Source: an uncultured Candidatus Saccharibacteria bacterium | GTDB lineage: Bacteria; Patescibacteriota; Minisyncoccia; Phycocordibacterales; UBA9973 | Assembly (NCBI GenBank): GCA_964527185.1 | Contig: CAZGOI010000001.1 | Location: 234,410-298,409 of the forward strand | Reading direction: 5' to 3' | DNA length: 64,000 nucleotides | Shown here: one piece after another, positions 58,204-64,000 of the stretch | Numbering within the stretch: position 1 is the first letter of the stretch | Layout: each line of letters starts with the position of its first letter | Position numbers and translations under genes: made by a program | The notes under the pieces: model-generated | Database searches by the model: none | Seen by the model: only the letters and a program-made list of their open reading frames with translations | What the model was told of the DNA's origin: nothing

Positions 58204-58626
58204 ATGAAAATCAAAGTCAAACGCCTGAAAGATTCTGCCAAACTGCCGACCTACCAACACCCCGGCGATGTCGGCATGGATCTCTACGCAATCGAAGGCG
58301 CGACCATCCCTCCACTCGGCCATGCGCGCATATGGCACGGCTTTGCGCTCGAGTTTCCCGAGGGCTATGCCGCAATTGTCAAAGATAAATCGAGCATCTC
58401 AAAAGCGCTTCTGCACACCATGGGCGGGGTTTTCGATGCGGGGTATCGTGGCGAATACAACACGCATTTGGTAAATTTAGGAAACGAGCCATACACCGTC
58501 GAAGAGGGCGACAAAGTTTCGCAGCTCGTTATCTACCCAATTGCTATTGCAGAGCTCGAAGAAGTCGAGGCGCTCGGCGATTCAGCTCGAGGGCAAGATA
58601 GCTTTGGAAGCACAGGAAGAAAATGA
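58204..58626 (+). CDS. dut: dUTP diphosphatase
   Basis: GDVGMDLY, KSS, GVFDAGYRGE, RGQDSFGSTG. Confidence 0.94.
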   Translation: MKIKVKRLKDSAKLPTYQHPGDVGMDLYAIEGATIPPLGHARIWHGFALEFPEGYAAIVKDKSSISKALLHTMGGVFDAGYRGEYNTHLVNLGNEPYTVEEGDKVSQLVIYPIAIAELEEVEALGDSARGQDSFGSTGRK

Positions 58627-60326
58627 TAAAAGAGAAAATTATAAATTCAATAAAAGGGGCTTTCAAAAATCTTGGGATAGAAACCAAAGATATTGTTCTC
58701 GAACATCCAACAGATTTTAAAAACGGGGACTATTCTACAAATGCGACCCTAATCTATGCCAAAGAGCTTAATGCAAACCCAAAAGATTTGGCAGAAAAAA
58801 TAAAATCGACCCTTCAAAATGCTCAGGGTGAATTTCCTTTTATCAAGGAAATTCAAGTTGCCGGCCCAGGGTTTATCAATTTTTATTTGTCTCAAGATTT
58901 TTTTACCAATTCTATAAAACAAATTTTAGACCAAAAAGAAAATTGGGGTAAAAATGAAATGCTAAAAGGTAAAAAAGTCATGGTCGAGTACACCCAGCCA
59001 AATCCCTTTAAACCATTTCACATCGGCCACCTCATGAGTAACGCCATCGGCGAATCTATTTCTCGCATTGTTGAATTTTCTGGTGCTAAAACAATTCGTG
59101 CCAACTATCAGGGTGACGTTGGTCCGCATGTCGCAAAAGCTATTTGGGGCATAATTAATTCAGGCCTTGACTATAAAGAAAAAGATGCACTTTGGATAGG
59201 GGAAATGTATGCCAAAGGGAGCGATGCCTATGACAATAACATAGAAGCCAAGGAGGAAATAGACGAAATCAATAGAAAAATTTACGACCATAGTAACCAA
59301 GAGATAAACGAGATCTATAGCTGGGGTCGGCAAGTCACCCTCGATGCTTTTGAAGAGATTTACAAAACTCTCGGCACAAAATTCAACTACTATTTTTTTG
59401 AAAGTGAAATGGCCCCGATCGGCGAGAAAATAGTAAAAGAAAATCTAGGCAATATCTTCAGCGAATCTGAAGGGGCGATTGTTTTTCATGCCGAGAACTA
59501 TGACCCCAAGCTCCATACCAGAGTTTTCATAAACTCAAAAGGCCTTCCCACATACGAAACAAAAGAACTTGGCTTGACTATGACCAAATTTGAAAAAGAA
59601 AATCCAGATCTCTCCATTATCACTACCGCTATTGAACAGGGCGAGTATATGAAAGTTGTTCAAAAAGCTGTTTCGCTTATCCACCCCGATTATGAATCTC
59701 GCATGAGGCACGTGACCCACGGCATGATGCGCCTCTCTACTGGCAAGATGGCTTCGAGGAAGGGCAACGTCATCACCGGCGAATCTATAATCAATGATTC
59801 GATAGATATGGTGCGCCAAAAAATGAGCCAGCGAGATTACAGCGACCAAGAGAAAAATGATATTTCAAAAAAGGTCGGAATCGCGGCGCTCAAATATTCG
59901 ATACTTAGATCATCGATCGGCGGAGATATAGTTTACGATTTTGAAAAATCAATATCGTTTGAAGGCGATTCGGGCCCGTATCTGCAATACACAGCCGTGC
60001 GAGCAAATTCTATTTTAGAAAAAGCCAAAAAAGAAAATATAGATATGGATATAGACAATAGACCCGAGGAAATTACAAATCTCGAGCGGCTCGTCTACCA
60101 ATTCAAAGAAGTGGTCGAGCGTTCATATGAAGAGCTTGAACCGCACCACCTCGCCACCTATCTGATAGAGCTTGCGAGCGCCTTCAATTCTTTTTATGCG
60201 ACTACTGTGGTAGTTGATAAAAGTGATAAAAATTCACCTTACCGCATTGCTTTAACCAAAGCATTTTTTCAAACGATGAAAAACGGCCTCTGGCTCCTCG
60301 GTATCGAAACCCCAGAGAAAATGTAA
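58623..60326 (+). CDS. argS: arginyl-tRNA synthetase
   Basis: GDYSTN, AGPGFINF, PNPFKPFHIGH, KMASRKG, GPYLQY, ends PEKM. Confidence 0.97.
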   Translation: MIKEKIINSIKGAFKNLGIETKDIVLEHPTDFKNGDYSTNATLIYAKELNANPKDLAEKIKSTLQNAQGEFPFIKEIQVAGPGFINFYLSQDFFTNSIKQILDQKENWGKNEMLKGKKVMVEYTQPNPFKPFHIGHLMSNAIGESISRIVEFSGAKTIRANYQGDVGPHVAKAIWGIINSGLDYKEKDALWIGEMYAKGSDAYDNNIEAKEEIDEINRKIYDHSNQEINEIYSWGRQVTLDAFEEIYKTLGTKFNYYFFESEMAPIGEKIVKENLGNIFSESEGAIVFHAENYDPKLHTRVFINSKGLPTYETKELGLTMTKFEKENPDLSIITTAIEQGEYMKVVQKAVSLIHPDYESRMRHVTHGMMRLSTGKMASRKGNVITGESIINDSIDMVRQKMSQRDYSDQEKNDISKKVGIAALKYSILRSSIGGDIVYDFEKSISFEGDSGPYLQYTAVRANSILEKAKKENIDMDIDNRPEEITNLERLVYQFKEVVERSYEELEPHHLATYLIELASAFNSFYATTVVVDKSDKNSPYRIALTKAFFQTMKNGLWLLGIETPEKM

Positions 60327-60364
60327 TTTACAATAAGATATTTTTCTAGTATTATCTATTTATA

Positions 60365-60550
60365 TGCATTGAAGAGGTCCCGTCCGAATAGTCCGGGCAG
60401 GCATCACCTCCGAGCATTGGGAAGAAATACCGAGCTAGTAAAGCAAGGTAAAGTAGAGCCCTAGTTTTATGAGCAAAAATCAAGGTGGTACCGCGGGATA
60501 AAACTCGCCCTTGGAAGTAATTTCATTATTATTTCTATGGGCGAATTTTA
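60365..60550 (+). promoter_or_regulatory. T-box riboswitch (Ile, AUC specifier) with terminator
   Basis: T-box AAGGTGGTACCGCG at 60482-60495; antiterminator partner CGCCCTTG at 60506-60513; terminator TCGCCC...GGGCGA plus T-rich tail; ATC at 60403-60405 in stem I; upstream of ileS. Confidence 0.88.
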
Positions 60551-60558
60551 TTTTATAT

Positions 60559-63500
60559 ATGCAAGAAGACGAAAAAAATAACAAGTCCGAAAATGCTCTA
60601 CGCGAGGAAGCAGTTTTGAAGTTTTGGGATCAAAATCAAATTTTCAAAAAAACTCTAGACAAAAAATCTCCAAAGGGCGAGTTCATTTTCTACGAAGGCC
60701 CACCGACGGCCAATGGCAAACCAGGCATTCACCACCTCGAGGCCAGAGCTTTTAAAGATGCAATTCCACGCTACAAAACAATGCGGGGCTATCACGTCTA
60801 TAGAAAGGGCGGTTGGGATACCCATGGTCTGCCAGTCGAATTGCAAGTCGAAAAAGAGCTGGGCCTCAATTCAAAAAAAGCAATTGAAGAATACGGCATC
60901 GCCAAATTCAACCAAGAATGTAAAAAAAATGTCTGGAAGTATTTAGAATATTGGAACGATTTTACCAAGCGTATTGGTTACTGGGTTGACCAAGACAACC
61001 CGTATGTGACCTACCACAATAGTTACATAGAATCTGTTTGGAATATTTTAAAAAAAGTTAACGAAGAAAATCTTTTATACAAAGATTACAAAGTTGTCCC
61101 GTGGTGCCCGCGCTGTGGCACGGCGCTATCTTCGCATGAACTCGCGCAGGGGTATGAAAATGTCAAAGACCTTTCTGTAACAGCGAAATTTAAAGTTAAA
61201 GGGCAAGACAACACCTATCTTTTGGCCTGGACGACGACTCCGTGGACCCTGCCCGACAATGTTGCGCTTGCAGTCGGCAAAGATATTGAATATGTCAAAA
61301 TAAAAACAAAAGGTGAAATTTTAATTCTTGCAAAAAACCGACTCATAATACTTGGTGATAATAGTTATGAAATACTTCAGACGCTAAAAGGCAGTGAGCT
61401 CGTTGACCTTGTGTATGAACCTCTTTATCAATACCTTGTACAAAATATTTCTGATACTGAAAAACCAAAACTTGAAAAAGCTTACAGAGTTTATCCAGCT
61501 AACTTTGTTACGACCGAAGATGGTACAGGTATTGTTCACACTGCGGTTATGTATGGTCAAGATGATTTTATTCTTGGCACCCAAATCGGTCTACCAAAAT
61601 TCCACCTCGTTAATCCAGATGGTAAATTTTTACAGAATACAGATTTTCTGTCTGGTCGTTTTGTCAAAGACGAGGAAGTGGCAGTCGATATCATCAAAGA
61701 CCTTGCCTCGCGTGGTTTGCTTTTTCATAAAGAAAAATATGAACACTCGTATCCATTTTGTTGGCGTTGCAAGACTCCGCTCATCTACTACGCTCGCGAT
61801 TCTTGGTATATCAGAATGTCGAGCCTGAGAGAAAAACTCATAAAAGAAAATCAAACTATAAATTGGGAACCAGAACATACTCGCGATGGGCGTTTTGGCG
61901 AATGGCTTTCTGAAGTAAAAGATTGGGCCCTTTCCCGCGAGAGGTATTGGGGCACACCACTGCCGGCTTGGAATTGCAAATCTTGCAACAAACTCTGTGT
62001 AATCGGAAGTATCAGCGAATTGCAATCAAAAACAAAAAAATCTGGCAACACATATTTCATCATGCGGCACGGCGAGACGACGCACAATGTTAAAAATCTG
62101 GTCAGCGTCACATTAAATAGTGGTAGCCATCTGACAGAAAAAGGTAAAGAAGAAACTATAAAATCGGCCAAGAGTTTAAAAGGCAAGGGAATAGATTTGA
62201 TCATAACTTCGCCATTTAATCGCACACAAGAAACTTCAAAAATTGTCGCCGACACTATCAGCCTTGATCATAAAGACATAATACTCGACGATCGCTTGCA
62301 CGAAATCTCTGTGCCGATGTACGAAGGTCGGGCTTGGGCCGAATACCATAGGGATTTCCCAAAGACAGTCGAGAACTGGGGCAAGGCGCCCGAAGGCAAC
62401 GAATCATATGAAGGCATGAAAAGACGATCGATGAATTTCTTGTTTGAACTTGAAGAGAAATATAAAAATAAAAAAATCCTGATAGTCACCCACGGCGGGC
62501 CATCGTGGCTCATGATCGCTGGCGCCAGGATGCTCGACACCGAGAAAACCCTGGCTCTCATTCGCGACAATAAAGATTTTCATTATCTCAAAAATTCTGA
62601 AATTCAAGATCTGCCATTTGTTTCATTCCCTCACGATAAAAATTATGACCTAGACCTGCACCGCCCGTATATAGACGAGGTTTCGCTTGCCTGCGACTGT
62701 GGTGGCGACCAAGAGAGAACAAAAGAAGTCATCGACGTCTGGTTCGACTCTGGGGCAATGCCTTTTGCAGAGTACCACTATCCGTTTGAAAATAAAAAAT
62801 GGATCGAAGGCAAAGGTTACCCAGCTGATTTTATTTCAGAAGCCATAGACCAAACCCGTGGCTGGTTCTACACCCTTCATGCCATAGGTATTTTGATGGA
62901 TCGCGGTAAGGCATTTAAAAATGTTATTTGCCTTGGCCACCTGCTCGATAAAGATGGCAAAAAAATGTCTAAATCGCTCGGCAATATTGTCGACCCATGG
63001 GAGATGATAGATAAATATGGTGTCGATAGTCTAAGGCTTTGGATGTATTCTGTAAACCAACCTGGTGAATCAAAAAACTTTGACGAAAAAACGATTTCTG
63101 AACTTCACGGCAAAGTTTTTAACCTGCTCTACAATGTCCTAGCCTTCTACGAACTCTATCGAAATAAAGAAGAAGAGAAAGAAAAATATAAAGAATCTAA
63201 AAATATTTTAGACAGATGGATTGTCGCTCGGTTAAATACCCTGATAGAATTTTCGACTTCTCAGTTAGATGAATATAAACTGCTTAACCCAGTGCGTGAA
63301 ATGCAAAAATTCATCGACGACCTCTCGACTTGGTACCTCAGGCGTTCTCGAGATAGGTTAAAAAATGGCGACAAAGACGCAAAGAAAACTTTGTATTTTA
63401 TTCTTAGAAATCTAACTCAAATAATGGCGCCACTTGCTCCATTTTCGACCGAAGATATTTGGCAGAAGTTAAAATTAAGTGACGACACAGAGAGCGTGCA

Positions 63501-64000
63501 TCTATCAAGCTGGCCAGAGTTTTCAAAGCTTGGGAAAAAAGAAAATAAATTGCTCGCCGATATGGAAGTAACCCGGGAAATATGTCGAGTTGCAAATTCT
63601 CTTCGCCAAAAGGCCAATATTCCTGTCCGCCAACCACTGTCTTTGCTTAAAATCAAAAAATCTGATCTAGGCGAAGAATATTTAGAAATCATAAAAGACG
63701 AGATCAATGTCAAAGAAATCAAAATAGATAGCTCTATGCAAATCGAAGTAAACCTCGAGACCCACATCAGCCTAGAACTGCGCGGGGAGGGGCAATATCG
63801 TGAACTCGTGCGGGCAATTCAAGATATGCGCAAAGAAAAGGGCCTAAACCCGAGCGATGTCATAACACTCGAAGTCAAGACGGGCACAGAAGGCCAGGAA
63901 CTCATAAATAAATTCAAAGATGAACTCGCAAAAACCATAAATGCTAAAGAAATCAAAATATGCGACACGTCTGGCACAGATATAAAAATAGGGGACATCG
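60559..64000 (+). CDS. ileS: isoleucyl-tRNA synthetase type 2 with inserted histidine phosphatase domain (3' partial)
   Basis: Not in the ORF track (no stop within the window). ATG 60559: FYEGPPTANGKPGIHH, GWDTHGLPVE, WTTTPWTL, SRERYWGTP, DLHRPYID, WFDSG, DQTRGWF, KMSKS. Confidence 0.96.
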   Translation, partial: MQEDEKNNKSENALREEAVLKFWDQNQIFKKTLDKKSPKGEFIFYEGPPTANGKPGIHHLEARAFKDAIPRYKTMRGYHVYRKGGWDTHGLPVELQVEKELGLNSKKAIEEYGIAKFNQECKKNVWKYLEYWNDFTKRIGYWVDQDNPYVTYHNSYIESVWNILKKVNEENLLYKDYKVVPWCPRCGTALSSHELAQGYENVKDLSVTAKFKVKGQDNTYLLAWTTTPWTLPDNVALAVGKDIEYVKIKTKGEILILAKNRLIILGDNSYEILQTLKGSELVDLVYEPLYQYLVQNISDTEKPKLEKAYRVYPANFVTTEDGTGIVHTAVMYGQDDFILGTQIGLPKFHLVNPDGKFLQNTDFLSGRFVKDEEVAVDIIKDLASRGLLFHKEKYEHSYPFCWRCKTPLIYYARDSWYIRMSSLREKLIKENQTINWEPEHTRDGRFGEWLSEVKDWALSRERYWGTPLPAWNCKSCNKLCVIGSISELQSKTKKSGNTYFIMRHGETTHNVKNLVSVTLNSGSHLTEKGKEETIKSAKSLKGKGIDLIITSPFNRTQETSKIVADTISLDHKDIILDDRLHEISVPMYEGRAWAEYHRDFPKTVENWGKAPEGNESYEGMKRRSMNFLFELEEKYKNKKILIVTHGGPSWLMIAGARMLDTEKTLALIRDNKDFHYLKNSEIQDLPFVSFPHDKNYDLDLHRPYIDEVSLACDCGGDQERTKEVIDVWFDSGAMPFAEYHYPFENKKWIEGKGYPADFISEAIDQTRGWFYTLHAIGILMDRGKAFKNVICLGHLLDKDGKKMSKSLGNIVDPWEMIDKYGVDSLRLWMYSVNQPGESKNFDEKTISELHGKVFNLLYNVLAFYELYRNKEEEKEKYKESKNILDRWIVARLNTLIEFSTSQLDEYKLLNPVREMQKFIDDLSTWYLRRSRDRLKNGDKDAKKTLYFILRNLTQIMAPLAPFSTEDIWQKLKLSDDTESVHLSSWPEFSKLGKKENKLLADMEVTREICRVANSLRQKANIPVRQPLSLLKIKKSDLGEEYLEIIKDEINVKEIKIDSSMQIEVNLETHISLELRGEGQYRELVRAIQDMRKEKGLNPSDVITLEVKTGTEGQELINKFKDELAKTINAKEIKICDTSGTDIKIGDI

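Noticed and set aside
60655-63767. Short ORFs listed across the last 3.4 kb
   Set aside because: They are alternative-frame fragments within ileS, which the track omitted because it has no stop in the window.

Overview
This is a gene-dense, AT-rich bacterial chromosome segment using the standard code (TGA is a stop). Gene content points to a Candidate Phyla Radiation/Patescibacteria (Parcubacteria-like) organism; that assignment is an inference. In order it carries: a type IV pilus locus; ligA-gatCA; five intact tRNAs plus a degenerate tRNA-Asp relic; an S53 protease; a shortened prfB; ftsEX-pyrG; a sixth tRNA (Gln) followed by a GIY-YIG mini-element and small accessory genes; a MarR-controlled MFS/adaptor efflux operon; an ECF sigma factor separated from its likely anti-sigma/MacAB-type operon by a DedA-GT2-GT2-PAP2 cassette; S9 and HtrA proteases; a thymidylate/nucleotide-sanitising cluster; argS; and a T-box-controlled ileS running off the end. 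The most notable observations are: (1) an integrase-free GIY-YIG unit bracketed by a 22-bp duplication of the tRNA-Gln 3' end; (2) a shared beta-rich domain at the hairpin tip of two efflux adaptors; (3) a type-2 IleRS with a GIHH motif, an inserted intact histidine phosphatase and a short-stem T-box; (4) a membrane-anchored HEPN-like protein; (5) a window-wide leaderless promoter pattern. No rRNA, CRISPR array, transposase or integrase was seen. All calls come from reading motifs by eye; no database searches were run.
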